A stretch of DNA of 64,000 bases. Source: an uncultured delta proteobacterium. Lineage in GTDB: Bacteria > Myxococcota_A > Polyangia > Fen-1088. The notes under the pieces are model-generated. The model worked only from the letters and a program-made list of their open reading frames with translations. It was not told where the DNA came from and made no database searches. The stretch lies in the NCBI GenBank assembly GCA_963767925.1, contig CAVYGB010000002.1, positions 1,504,001 through 1,568,000 on the forward strand, given 5' to 3'. Made by a program: the position numbers and the translations under genes. This document shows, in pieces, positions 40,712 through 50,234 of the stretch (positions are counted from its first letter, which is position 1; each line of letters starts with the position of its first letter).

Positions 40712-42847
40712 TCAGCCGCCGGGTCGAAAAGAAACCCGGCAGATCGCCCCGCGTGGCCGCCGTCCCGGCGATGGGCTCTGCGCCACCGCCAGCCCGCTGC
40801 CCTCGGGGGCCAGCTCCACCCCCGCCAGCCGGGCCGCCCGGATCGCCTCTCCCAGCGTCATGCCCACGAAGCTCGGGACCTGGACCAGCGCGCTGGTGCC
40901 GGCCGAGTCGTCCACCGGCCCCGCGCCCTCGGTGGTCGGCGCCGCCGGGTCGCCGTCGTCGTCCCCGGGCAGCGGCAGCCCGTCCTCGAAGTCGGCCGGC
41001 TCCGACCAGACCGGCTGGTCCGAGCCGGGGCCCTCGCCCACCTCGACCGCGTCGGCCGCCTCGGCCAGCAGCACCGCCGAGGTCGGGACCTCGCCCACGC
41101 CGGCGGGGGGAGTGTCCCCGGCGCGGGCCGCCTCCTCGCGAGAGACAAGCTCGGTGGGGGGCACCGCCAGGTAACGGAGGGCCGCCTCGGCGACCTGCTT
41201 GAACGCGGGGGCCGCCACCATGCCGCCCCGGTGCTCCGGCTCGGGCTCGTCGATCACGATGCCGATCACCAGCCGGGGGTCGTCGGCCGGGATCACCCCC
41301 ACGAAGGAGGCCACCCAGGCGGCGTATTTGCCGTTGATCACCTTCTGGGCGGTGCCGGTCTTGCCCGCGACGGCGTAGCCGGGGATGGCCGCGCGCCGGG
41401 CGGTGCCCGACTCGCCGGTCACCCCGCGCATGATCGCGAGCATCGTGCGCGCCGTCTCGGCGGAGATCACCCGCTGGTCGGGGCGGCGGTTGGGCAGGGC
41501 CATCGGCTCGACCCGCCCGTCGGGGGCGATGACCTCGAGGGCCAGGCGCGGGGTCTTGTAGATGCCGCCGTTGGCGATGGCCCCGATCGCCGCCACCAGC
41601 TGCAGCGGCGACACCGTCAGCCCCTGCCCGAAGGCGATGTTGGCCAGGTGGATCTCGCCCCACAGGCGCACCGGGTGGACGACGCCAGGCCGCTCGCCCT
41701 CGAGGCCCACGCCCGTGCGCCGCCCGAACCCGAAGCGGAGCAGCGCCTCGTACAGCCGCTGCTTGCCCAGCCGGCGCACGATCTTGACGGTGCCGATGTT
41801 GCTCGAGCGCTGCAGCACCTCGGCGGCGGTGAGCACCCCCTCGGGGTGGTCGTCGCGGATGGGGGTGCGGCCGATGTAGAGCGGGCGGCCCGACTGGCAG
41901 TCGAAGCGCTCGCCGGGCGTCACCAGGCCGGCGTCGAGGGTGGCGGCCAGGGTGACCGCCTTCAAGGTCGACCCGGGCTCGAGCCAGTCGGTGATGGCGC
42001 GGTGGCGGGTGTAGCCGCGGGCCACGGCGTCGCCCGGGTTGTTGGCGTCGTAGGTCGGGACGCTGACCAGGGCGAGCACGTCGCCCGAGCGCGGGTCGAG
42101 CACGACGGCGGCGCCGCCCTTGGCGTTCCAGGTCTTCACCGCCGCCACCAGCGCGCTCTGGGTGACGTGCATGAGGTAGGTGTCGAGGGCGAGCTTGACG
42201 TCCTCGCCGGCACCGCTCTTGGGATCGACCCGGCCGTCGATCAACATGTCGCGCCCGCTGCCGTCCTTGACCCCCCGCACCCGCCCGGCGGTGCCGCGCA
42301 GGTGGCGGTCGAAGGCCAGCTCCACCCCCTCGACCCCCTTGCCGTCGATGTTCGTGTGGCCCAGCAGGGGGGCGCCGAGGTCCTTGAGGGGGTAGATGCG
42401 GGCCGGCTCGCGGGTGAGGCGGACGCCGGGCAGGGCCAGGGCCCGCACGCGCGCGCTCTCTTCGGGGGTGATGGTGCGCTTGATCCAGGCGAAGTAGCGG
42501 CGGGCCTCGGCGGCGCGTTCGAGGGTGCGTTCGAGGGGGGCCGGCTCGAGGCGCAGGGCCTCTGCGAGCCGCCGGATCCCGCCCGCCACCTTCACCAGCA
42601 CGCGCGGGTTGCACGACACCGAGTCGAGCTCGGCGGTCGAGGCCAGCTCGTGGCCCTGGTGGTCGAGGATGCGGCCGCGCTGGGGGCGCACCTCGATCTC
42701 GCGCAGCGACTGATCCTCGGCCCGCTCGCGCAGCAGATCGGCCTGGCGGACCTGCAGGACCCAGGCCCGCCGGCCGATGGCCAGCGCGCCGAGGGCGACG
42801 AGTGCCCCGAACAGCACCATGCGCAGCCGCGTCCAGCGCGAGATCAA
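40712..42847 (-). CDS. ftsI: Class B PBP FtsI with C-terminal PASTA-like domain
   Basis: EPGSTLK, SSN, KTGTAQK; TTG start with GGAGG RBS. Confidence 0.92.
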   Translation of the reverse strand: MISRWTRLRMVLFGALVALGALAIGRRAWVLQVRQADLLRERAEDQSLREIEVRPQRGRILDHQGHELASTAELDSVSCNPRVLVKVAGGIRRLAEALRLEPAPLERTLERAAEARRYFAWIKRTITPEESARVRALALPGVRLTREPARIYPLKDLGAPLLGHTNIDGKGVEGVELAFDRHLRGTAGRVRGVKDGSGRDMLIDGRVDPKSGAGEDVKLALDTYLMHVTQSALVAAVKTWNAKGGAAVVLDPRSGDVLALVSVPTYDANNPGDAVARGYTRHRAITDWLEPGSTLKAVTLAATLDAGLVTPGERFDCQSGRPLYIGRTPIRDDHPEGVLTAAEVLQRSSNIGTVKIVRRLGKQRLYEALLRFGFGRRTGVGLEGERPGVVHPVRLWGEIHLANIAFGQGLTVSPLQLVAAIGAIANGGIYKTPRLALEVIAPDGRVEPMALPNRRPDQRVISAETARTMLAIMRGVTGESGTARRAAIPGYAVAGKTGTAQKVINGKYAAWVASFVGVIPADDPRLVIGIVIDEPEPEHRGGMVAAPAFKQVAEAALRYLAVPPTELVSREEAARAGDTPPAGVGEVPTSAVLLAEAADAVEVGEGPGSDQPVWSEPADFEDGLPLPGDDDGDPAAPTTEGAGPVDDSAGTSALVQVPSFVGMTLGEAIRAARLAGVELAPEGSGLAVAQSPSPGRRPRGAICRVSFRPGG

Positions 42848-43881
42848 GGCGTCCCTCCTCCGATGAAGGTCGGCGGCAGCGGCGCATCCGGATCGAGGAT
42901 CTCGCGCAGCCGCCGCGGCTTGCCCGGCACCATTTTCACTGTCGCCGCGGGCGGAGCCTTCACGGCGACGTCGGGTGGAGCCTTCGCGGTGGCGTCGGGC
43001 GGGGCTTTCGCGGCGACGTCGGGCGGGACCTTCGCGGTGGTTGCCGGGGGAGCCTTCGCGGTGGCGTCGGGTGGAGCCTTCACGGTGGCGGCTGGTGTCT
43101 CGATGACCGGCGGAGTCTCCGCGGCGGTGGCGGGTGGACGGGGCTTGCGGGGCCGGGGGGCGGCGGCGGGTTCGGCGACCGGGGAGGCCGGAGCCGGCCG
43201 GGTGGAGCGAATCGCCTCGATCGGATCTTCGGGAGTGGGTGGCGGCCGGCGGATCGGGCGGGTCGCTGCGATGGCTTCTTGCGCTGGGAGGGTGGGGCGG
43301 GCTGCGGGAGGCGTCTTGGGCTCGTGGGCCGCAGGGGGAGGCGCGGGCACCGGGGCGTGAGGTGGGGTGAGGATCTCGGCAGGGCCCCGGGCGAGCACGC
43401 GGGACGGGGTGGGGGGCTCGGCGGGGGCCTGGGCGAGGGGGCGGGGCGGGGCGGGGAAGGTGCGGAGGGGGCCGGGGTCGGCGGGGGCCCGGGCCAGCCG
43501 GGTCTCGGGCAGCTCGCCGAGCGGCCGGCGGGGCCGGGGCGAGCGGGCGGGCGCGGACGGGCGGTCCGCGGGCGCCGCGCCGGCCGCGGGCACCACCCGG
43601 ATGCCGGCCGGCTGCGGCGTCATCCCCAGGCGACCGCGGGCCAGGTCGACGAGGCGGCCGGGGTTCTTGAGGCGGCCGATCTCGATCTGCTTGTGCCGGC
43701 GCTGGGTCACCAGCGCCTCGTACATCGCCTGCTCCCGTCCGAGCTTCACCGCCACCTCGTTCTTCTGGGCCTGCACCGCCACGTGGCCGAGGGCGCCGAG
43801 CGTGAGCCCCGCCAGGATGAGGCAGAACATCCCCGTGCCCGGACGCCGGCGCGGCCCCGATCCGGCGGCCCCGCGCCTCAC
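42844..43881 (-). CDS. ftsL: FtsL-like protein with a long Pro/Ala-rich C-terminal extension
   Basis: Between rsmH and ftsI; TM plus coiled coil, L.NPGRL...AR.RLGM..P; overlaps both neighbours. Confidence 0.7.
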   Translation of the reverse strand: MRRGAAGSGPRRRPGTGMFCLILAGLTLGALGHVAVQAQKNEVAVKLGREQAMYEALVTQRRHKQIEIGRLKNPGRLVDLARGRLGMTPQPAGIRVVPAAGAAPADRPSAPARSPRPRRPLGELPETRLARAPADPGPLRTFPAPPRPLAQAPAEPPTPSRVLARGPAEILTPPHAPVPAPPPAAHEPKTPPAARPTLPAQEAIAATRPIRRPPPTPEDPIEAIRSTRPAPASPVAEPAAAPRPRKPRPPATAAETPPVIETPAATVKAPPDATAKAPPATTAKVPPDVAAKAPPDATAKAPPDVAVKAPPAATVKMVPGKPRRLREILDPDAPLPPTFIGGGTP

Positions 43882-44804
43882 GGCGCCACCCTCTCGGCAA
43901 CCCGCAGCTTGGCCGAGCGGGCCCGCGGGTTGTCCGCGAGCTCCGCGTCCGAGGCGGTGACCGGCTTCTTGGTCAGCAGCCGCCAGGCCGGCGCCCCGAG
44001 GGGTCCGCCTCGGTCGTTGCGCGGTTGCACCGCCAGCTCGCGCAGCCGATGTTTGACCAGCCGGTCCTCCAGCGAGTGAAACGCGATGATCGCCAGCCGC
44101 CCGCCGGGCCGCAGGCAGCCGGGCAGGTCGGCCAGCAGCCGCTGCAGCTCGGGCAGCTCCCGGTTGACGGCCATGCGCAGCGCCTGGAAGGTCCGGGTGG
44201 CGGGATCCTTGTGGTGCTCGCGGCGGGGGATCGAGCGCGCGACGAGGGCGGCCAGGGCACCGGTGGTGCTGAGGTCCTCCTGCTGGCGGGCCGCGATGAT
44301 GGCCCGGGCGATCCGCCGGGCGTAGCGCTCCTCGCCCAGCTCGTGCAGGACGGTCGACAGCTCCCCCTCTTCCACCCGGCGCAGGTACTCCGCGGCGGTC
44401 TCGCCGCCGCTGGCGTCCATGCGCATGTCGAGCGGCCCCGAGTGCCGGAAGGAGAAGCCACGCTCGGGCCGGTCGAGCTGCGGCGACGACACCCCCAGGT
44501 CGACCAGGCAGCCGTCGAGGGGGAGGGCCCCCGCCGTGCCGAGCACCTCCTCGATGCGCGAGAAGGGGGCCTGCACCAGCGTGAGCCGGCCGGCGTGTTC
44601 GCCCAGCCGGCTGGCGGCCTGCTCGATCGCCTGGGCGTCGCGGTCGATGCCGACCAGGCGCCCGTCGGGTCCACACGCCTCGAGGATGGCCCGGGCGTGC
44701 CCGCCGTACCCCACGGTGGCGTCGCAATACACCCCACCCGGGCGCGGCTGCAGCCAGCTCAGCACCTCCTGGAACAGGACCGGTCGGTGAAGCTCGGTCG
44801 TCAT
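43878..44804 (-). CDS. rsmH: 16S rRNA m4C1402 methyltransferase
   Basis: HRPVL, DLGVSSPQLD, PLDMRMD, FHSLEDR, NPRARSAKLR. Confidence 0.97.
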   Translation of the reverse strand: MTTELHRPVLFQEVLSWLQPRPGGVYCDATVGYGGHARAILEACGPDGRLVGIDRDAQAIEQAASRLGEHAGRLTLVQAPFSRIEEVLGTAGALPLDGCLVDLGVSSPQLDRPERGFSFRHSGPLDMRMDASGGETAAEYLRRVEEGELSTVLHELGEERYARRIARAIIAARQQEDLSTTGALAALVARSIPRREHHKDPATRTFQALRMAVNRELPELQRLLADLPGCLRPGGRLAIIAFHSLEDRLVKHRLRELAVQPRNDRGGPLGAPAWRLLTKKPVTASDAELADNPRARSAKLRVAERVAP

Positions 44805-45239
44805 GTCGGAAGGGTCGCCGGGAGGTGCGGGGAGGTCCGGTCGCTACCGGAGCTCCGGAAGCTCGGGACGCCCTGGACGCCGGGACGGACGGCCTGCAAG
44901 ACAGGGCCCGGCCGCCGCGGCTGGCCGGCAGGCGCGGAAATATTCGGGCCGTTCGGCGGGTTTTGCGTGGACAAGGCCGGACGTCCCATCTTCGAGGACC
45001 CTCGCCGGCTGTCAACTTTCTCGGTGATTTTTCCTCAATGATTGCAGGAAGATAAGAGGGAGGTCGGGGTGGGTGTTCCTGCGGGCTCCCGGGGAGAAAC
45101 CGAGGTGGTCGGGTATTTTTGCGTGTTCTTTATTACGCAGTTTATTCGAGTCAATATGCCTAACTGCGCTTGACTAAAGGGTTCTTCTGGTAGATAACAC
45201 GATCCGTTTTCACGAGGTCCCGATCGAGGTCGAAGGGTC

Positions 45240-46007
45240 ATGGACAGCAAGCTGTTTGAGCTTGATGCGAAGATGGACGCCCTCCGGGCGAAGGTCTCCT
45301 CTTTCCCTGCGCGGATCACCAAGGACTTCCAGGACCGCCTGGACATCTCGTGGATCTTCCACGACCACGCGCTCGAGGGCGTCGTGCTGTCCTACTCCGA
45401 GCTCAAGGCGGCGGTCGACCAGCGGATCATCAGCGACGTCACGCTGATCCCGATGTACGAGGAGGTTCGCAGCCACAAGCAGGCGGTGGACTTCGTGCGC
45501 GAGGCCAGCCTGGCCAAGAAGCGCCCCGAGGTCGACGTCGAGCTGGTGCGCAAGCTGTACGGGATCGTCACGCCCGATCAGGTCGCCAAGGGCTGTCCCT
45601 ACCGGAAGGAAAACCCCCTTCACCGGCTCTACTATCACGAGATCGCGCCGCCCGAGAAGATCACCCACAAGATGAAGAAGCTCCAGGAGTGGCTGGAGTC
45701 GCCCGAGTACCGCCACCTGCATCCGGTGCTGGCGGCCTCGCGCCTGCAGTTCCGCCTGCTCGCTGCCTATCCCTGGACGAAGAACACCGGCAAGGTCGCC
45801 CGCCTCCTCACCAACTACATCCTCATCTCCAACGGCTACCTCCCCGCCATCGTCCACTCCATCGAGCGCCAGCGCTACTACGAGGCCCTCCGCCACGAAA
45901 ACGACGGCCTCACCTATCTGATCCTGGAATCTCTCCAGAACAGTATCGAAACCACCGCCAAGTTCTACGACGAGCTCTCCGGCCTGAAAGTCCGCCGCGC
46001 CAGCTAG
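45240..46007 (+). CDS. Fic-domain protein with degenerate catalytic motif
   Basis: ALEG..LS..E N-terminal pattern, HPVLAAS, YPWTKNTGKVARL in place of HPFxDGNGRxxR, NGYLP, RQRYYEAL. Confidence 0.8.
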   Translation: MDSKLFELDAKMDALRAKVSSFPARITKDFQDRLDISWIFHDHALEGVVLSYSELKAAVDQRIISDVTLIPMYEEVRSHKQAVDFVREASLAKKRPEVDVELVRKLYGIVTPDQVAKGCPYRKENPLHRLYYHEIAPPEKITHKMKKLQEWLESPEYRHLHPVLAASRLQFRLLAAYPWTKNTGKVARLLTNYILISNGYLPAIVHSIERQRYYEALRHENDGLTYLILESLQNSIETTAKFYDELSGLKVRRAS

Positions 46008-46096
46008 CCGCCCCCGACGCCTCCCGGCCCCCAGAGGCGAACGGGAAATCACTCTCCCAGAACGCCCGGGCCTTCTCTCACGAGTTGCCCGCGCTC

Positions 46097-46176
46097 GCCA
46101 GGCTCTCACCCGTGCCCGCGGTGCCAGGCTCTCACCCGTGCCCGCGGTCGCCAGGCTCTCACCCGTGCCCGCGGTC
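46097..46176. repeat. Tandem 26-27-bp repeat, 3 copies (GCCAGGCTCTCACCCGTGCCCGCGGT)
   Basis: Read directly; REP-A follows at 46187. Confidence 0.9.
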
Positions 46177-46186
46177 CGTCAGATTC

Positions 46187-46316
46187 TCACCTCTCCCCGC
46201 GGTCTGCCGTGGGGAGAGGTCGGCGCGTCTGCGCGCCGGGTGAGGGGCCTCCGGCGTGGCAACCGCCCCTCACCCTCACCCTCTCCCCGCGGCAGACCGC
46301 GGGGCGAGGGCAAACA
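46187..46316. repeat. REP-like family A (copy 3)
   Basis: Near-identical to 5257-5392. Confidence 0.9.
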
Positions 46317-46382
46317 TGCAGCGGGGTGCCTCCCGACAGCACGACCGGCCGCCGCCGATCCCAGTCCGTGCTCAGAGCCGTG

Positions 46383-46608
46383 CCCTCGGTGGAGAGTCGG
46401 CCGACAAGCCGGGGCTGTGGCGAGGAGGTCCGAGAACCGCACCGGAGTGTGACGATGGTACGCGGAACCCTCAGAGGGTTCCGCACCTCACCACGATGGG
46501 CTCGTCGGGCAAGGCCCTCCTCGCCCACGCGGCTGTCCTCGAGGAGCGGAAGCGCAGGACCGACGAAGTCCACAGCCCCGGATCGTCGGCCAATCCTCCC
46601 ACTCGAGG
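46383..46608. ncRNA. Candidate structured RNA (long closing stem plus inner hairpins)
   Basis: GGCCGACAAGCCGGGGCTGTGG pairs with CCACAGCCCCGGATCGTCGGCC; GGCGAGGAGG/CCTCCTCGCC; GCGGAACCCTC/GAGGGTTCCGC. Confidence 0.4.
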
Positions 46609-46629
46609 ACTTCCTCCCCCGTTCCACGC

Positions 46630-46667
46630 AAAAAAAAGCGCGCCGGGAGCTTTGCTCACCGGCGCGC
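46630..46667 (-). terminator. Intrinsic terminator
   Basis: GCGCGCCGG...CCGGCGCGC stem followed by T8 on the minus strand. Confidence 0.8.
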
Positions 46668-46813
46668 CACCCGCTACTAGATTGGTTCGTGGCTAGCGCC
46701 AAACGAGGCGCCGCCAATCAGGGCAGCGTGGACCGCGAGCCGGGCCTCTCGCTGCGGTTGATCAGACTCTGGGGCTCGCTACAGACCGAAGCAGCTATCC
46801 GTGTCTTGAAAGG

Positions 46814-46897
46814 CTACGTCCGCGTGGGGTTCTCAGACCCACGTCGGAGCTGGAGGCGGAGAAAAGCCATACCGGTGATCGATTCACGTTTTCCCAT
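46814..46897 (-). CDS. Small ORF, 27 aa (MGKRESITGMAFLRLQLRRGSENPTRT)
   Basis: AAGGAGG SD at 46907-46913, 9 nt before ATG; terminator downstream. Confidence 0.45.
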   Translation of the reverse strand: MGKRESITGMAFLRLQLRRGSENPTRT

Positions 46898-47272
46898 GCG
46901 TTTTTTCCTCCTTCTGTAGCCAATCGGTCGCGGATGCCTGTTTATCGTAGCCGAGGAGATCGGGGGCTTCCAGCACCGACGGTGGCGGGAGCGGCAGAAA
47001 AAACGCGGCGGGCGAGCGGAGGGGTCCATGACACACCCCGTGCCCGGCGGCGGTCGCGAAAAATACCGGCCCGTTCCCATTTCCCCGGCGGGCTGGCCGC
47101 GTCTGGACCTGCCTTCTGCCATCCGGAATGACGGTCGGTGTGACCGGCGGATGTCGCGCGCGCACCGGGAATGTTTCGGCCGGCTCCCGCGGTTGCGATC
47201 TGGCGGGCTTTTCCCGCGGTTGATCGCGGGTCGATCGGGCCGGCGCGTGATCGATTAGGCTGTGCTCCGTTC

Positions 47273-48744
47273 ATGAGCAAGCCGCCTTCCCCCCGCCGCC
47301 CGCCCCCGCTTCACCCCCCGCCGCTGGCCCCCCGGGGCCCGCGCCGCCTGCCGCGGGCGGGCGCGGCGCCCGCTTCGCCGGGGAGATGGATCCGGCGGCG
47401 GCGGCGCTGAACGCCAGCATCGATTTCGACCGCCGCCTCCTGCGCGACGACGTGCGCGGCAGCCAGGCCCACGCCCGCATGCTGGCCGCCGTCGGGCTCA
47501 TCTCCGCCGACGACGCCCGGCGCATCGCCGAGGGGCTCGAGCAGGCGGCCGCCGAGATCGAGGCGGGCACGCTGGCCCTGCGCCCCGCGCTCGAGGACAT
47601 CCACATGAACCTCGAAGCGCGGCTGACCGAGATCGTCGGCGAGCCCGGCCGCCGCCTGCACACCGCCCGCAGCCGCAACGACCAGGTGGCGACCGACCTG
47701 CGCCTCTACGCGCGCCGGGCCTGCGCCGACATCGTGACCGGCATCGATCGCGCCCGGCTGGCCTTCTGCCGGCGCGCCCGCGAGCACGCCGCCACCCTGC
47801 TGCCCGGGTACACCCACCTGCAGCGGGCCCAGGTGGTGACGCTGGGCCATCACCTGCTGGCCTACGCCGCCATGCTCGGCCGCGACCGGGGCCGCTTCCT
47901 CGACGCTGCCCGCCGGGCCGACGAGTCGCCGCTGGGCGCGGGGGCCCTGGCCGGCACCGGGCTGCCGATCGACCGGGCCGCCACCGCCGGCGCCCTCGGC
48001 TTCGCCCGCCCCACCGGCAACAGCCTCGACACCGTCTCGGACCGCGACTTCGCCACCGAGATCGCTTCCGCCTGCGCCCTGCTCGGCGTCCACCTGTCGC
48101 GCCTGGGCGAGGAGCTGGTCCTCTGGTCTTCGACCGAGTTCGGGTTCGTGTCGCTCGGCGAGGGCTACTGCTCGGGCAGCTCGCTCATGCCCCAGAAGCG
48201 CAACCCCGACATCGCCGAGCTGCTGCGGGGCAAGCCGGGGCGCCTGCTCGGCGACCTGGTCGCCCTGCTCACCATCACCAAGGGGCTGGCCCTCTCTTAC
48301 AACAAGGACCTGCAGGAGACGCAGGAGCCCTTCTACGACGCGGTCGAGACAACCCTGGCCTCCCTGGCGGTCTTGCCCGGCCTTGTCGCCACCTCGAGCT
48401 TCGACGTCGGGCGCATGAACGCCGCCGCGGCCGACCCCGCCCTGGGCGCCACCGATCTGGCCGAGCACCTGGTGCGGGCCAAGGGCGTCCCCTTCCGCCG
48501 GGCCCACGAGATCGTCGGCAGCTTCGTGCGCGCGGCCGAGGCCCGCGGCGTCTCCCTGCGCGCCTTCCCGACCGCCGAGCTGGCCGCGGTCGCCCCCGAG
48601 CTGGACGCCGCCGCTCTCGACGCCCTCGACCCCCAGCGCGCCGTCGCCGCCCGCGACCTCATCGGCGGGCCCGCCCCCGGCCAGGTCCTCGCCCGGGTGG
48701 CCGAGCTGGAGGCGGAGCTGCGCAGCCTGGGCCTCGAACCCTGA
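47273..48744 (+). CDS. argH: Argininosuccinate lyase; probable 1-nt indel in a C tract near the start (open frame from 47386)
   Basis: [44 protein letters not shown]. Confidence 0.95.
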
Positions 48745-48802
48745 GCGGGGATTATTCATCAGGCGGCAACGCTGGCGGTCGCGCGGCCACCGGCGCCGTG
48801 TT

Positions 48803-48851
48803 CCCGATCGTTCCCGTTCCCGTTCCCGTTCCCGTTCCCGGACCCGTGCCC
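48803..48851. repeat. 49-bp arm with (TTCCCG)5; perfect inverted partner of 50059-50107
   Basis: CCCGATCG(TTCCCG)5GACCCGTGCCC. Confidence 0.95.
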
Positions 48852-48944
48852 GGTTTTTCGGACTGGGGCCCACGCAATGGGCGACCGAGGGCAGGGCTGC
48901 GCCCCAGCGGCGGGGGAATAGAAGGCGAAGGGAATGTGGGCGAT

Positions 48945-49566
48945 TCAGCCGAAGGGCTGCGGCGATAGCAGCCGCCTGGCGATGCGAGCCCAAAGTGACT
49001 GCCAGGGATGGCTGGAGGCCAGATGAAACCAGATGCGACGGGCGGAGCCGAGCACGCGCACACCGATCTCAAGCAGGCGCAGGCGGAGGGTGTCCATCTG
49101 GGCATCGGCGAGCTCGGTGCCGTGTGCGGCGCGGCGGAGCATATACATGAGGACGTAGGCGGCGGCGTGCAGGAGCAGGCGAAACTGGTTGGCCCAGAAG
49201 CGGTGACAGCTCAGGCGGTCGGCCTTGAGCGCCCGCTTGAGGTCCTTGATGGAGTTTTCGCAGGCGTCGGCTCGCTGCACGTAGCAACGGTCGTACAGCT
49301 TCTGGGGGTCACCAGCAGATTGGTCACCACGAAGCGAACGTTCGAGCCTTGCTCGGTGTGCTCGGCCTTGATGATCATGCGGTAGCTGCGCGGCCAGCGC
49401 TTGCGACCCGTTCCCATGGAGCGATATCGGTCAGGCCGAGGCGCCGGTCGGCCTGCCGCAGGAGCAGGAGCCCACCGTCGCTGGAGATGGGCCCGGCGTC
49501 GAAGGCCGCTCGTACCTGCCGGCGCCCCGCGAACGGGAAGTCGATTTGGCTGGTATCCTCGTGCAT
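48945..49566 (-). pseudogene. IS1380 transposase, large internal deletion plus frameshifts
   Basis: N-terminus FDAGPISSDGGLLLLRQADRRLGL joined to KAEH..GSNVRFVVTNL and ENSIKDLK...DRLSCHRFWANQFRLLL. Confidence 0.85.
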
Positions 49567-49643
49567 CGAGCGGCCCTCCTCGTCGTTGCCTTCTGGTCTC
49601 GCAACCGAAAAGCAGTGCGAGAAGTGTGCCGCTCGATTCTTCT

Positions 49644-50018
49644 TCAGCGCGATGGCTCTTCTTGCTCGCCGAGCAGCTTCGCCATCTTCGTCAGCATCGA
49701 GACGATGCGCAGTAGAAGATCGCGTCCTGCCCCCAACGTAGCTTCGTCGCTGAGCTTCACCTTGCGGCAGACATCCAGTAGGGCAGCGCACTCCGTCGCC
49801 GACCGCAGTGCCATTCGGTAGAAGCGCGCCTTGTCCTTCCTGCTGAATTCCCCGGCCCCCTCGGCCACGTTGAGCGGCACCGAGGTCGCCGCGCGCTGCA
49901 GTTGGTCCGCCAGGTAGGCTCGACCACGCGGCAGCTGCTCCACGATGTCGTCCGCCTTGGCGACGAACTCGATTCCCGCCTGGTACACGTCCAGCTTCTC
50001 GTGATCGAAATGGCCCAT
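49644..50018 (-). CDS. Four-helix bundle protein (23S rRNA intervening-sequence protein/bAvd-like family)
   Basis: FDHEKLDVYQ, LADQLQRAATSVPLNVAEGAG, ARFYRMALRSATEC. Confidence 0.9.
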   Translation of the reverse strand: MGHFDHEKLDVYQAGIEFVAKADDIVEQLPRGRAYLADQLQRAATSVPLNVAEGAGEFSRKDKARFYRMALRSATECAALLDVCRKVKLSDEATLGAGRDLLLRIVSMLTKMAKLLGEQEEPSR

Positions 50019-50058
50019 TCCCTGTTTTCGGCCAGCGCCTTCTCAGGTTGCGGGTACG

Positions 50059-50107
50059 GGGCACGGGTCCGGGAACGGGAACGGGAACGGGAACGGGAAC
50101 GATCGGG
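50059..50107. repeat. 49-bp arm with (CGGGAA)5; perfect inverted partner of 48803-48851
   Basis: GGGCACGGGTC(CGGGAA)5CGATCGGG. Confidence 0.95.
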
Positions 50108-50234
50108 GCCAGACACCCTGTTGGCGGCGTCTCGACGGCGGCGCCCCGCTGGTGAATAATCCCGGCTAGCGCCGGGGCCCGCTGGCAGCCCGTGAACGCT
50201 CACGGCTGCGCGCAGGGGACCGTCGCGCACAGGC

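Larger units (their letters stand above)
48746..50165 (-). mobile_element. IS1380-family derivative carrying a four-helix-bundle passenger gene
   Basis: Terminal IRs CGGGGATTATTCATCAG (48746-48762) and CTGGTGAATAATCCCGG (50149-50165), 15/17 match; transposase remnant inside. Confidence 0.75.

Noticed and set aside
45000..45200. Divergent sigma-70 promoters (TTGACA/TTGACT hexamers)
   Set aside because: No convincing -10 element at canonical spacing, so not called
46595..46625. GAGGAAGTCC on the minus strand resembling the RNase P RNA motif GAGGAAAGTCC
   Set aside because: One A short, and the other conserved RNase P segments are absent
49644..50018. Avd of a diversity-generating retroelement, or an rRNA intervening sequence
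   Set aside because: No reverse transcriptase, TR/VR pair or rRNA gene in the window
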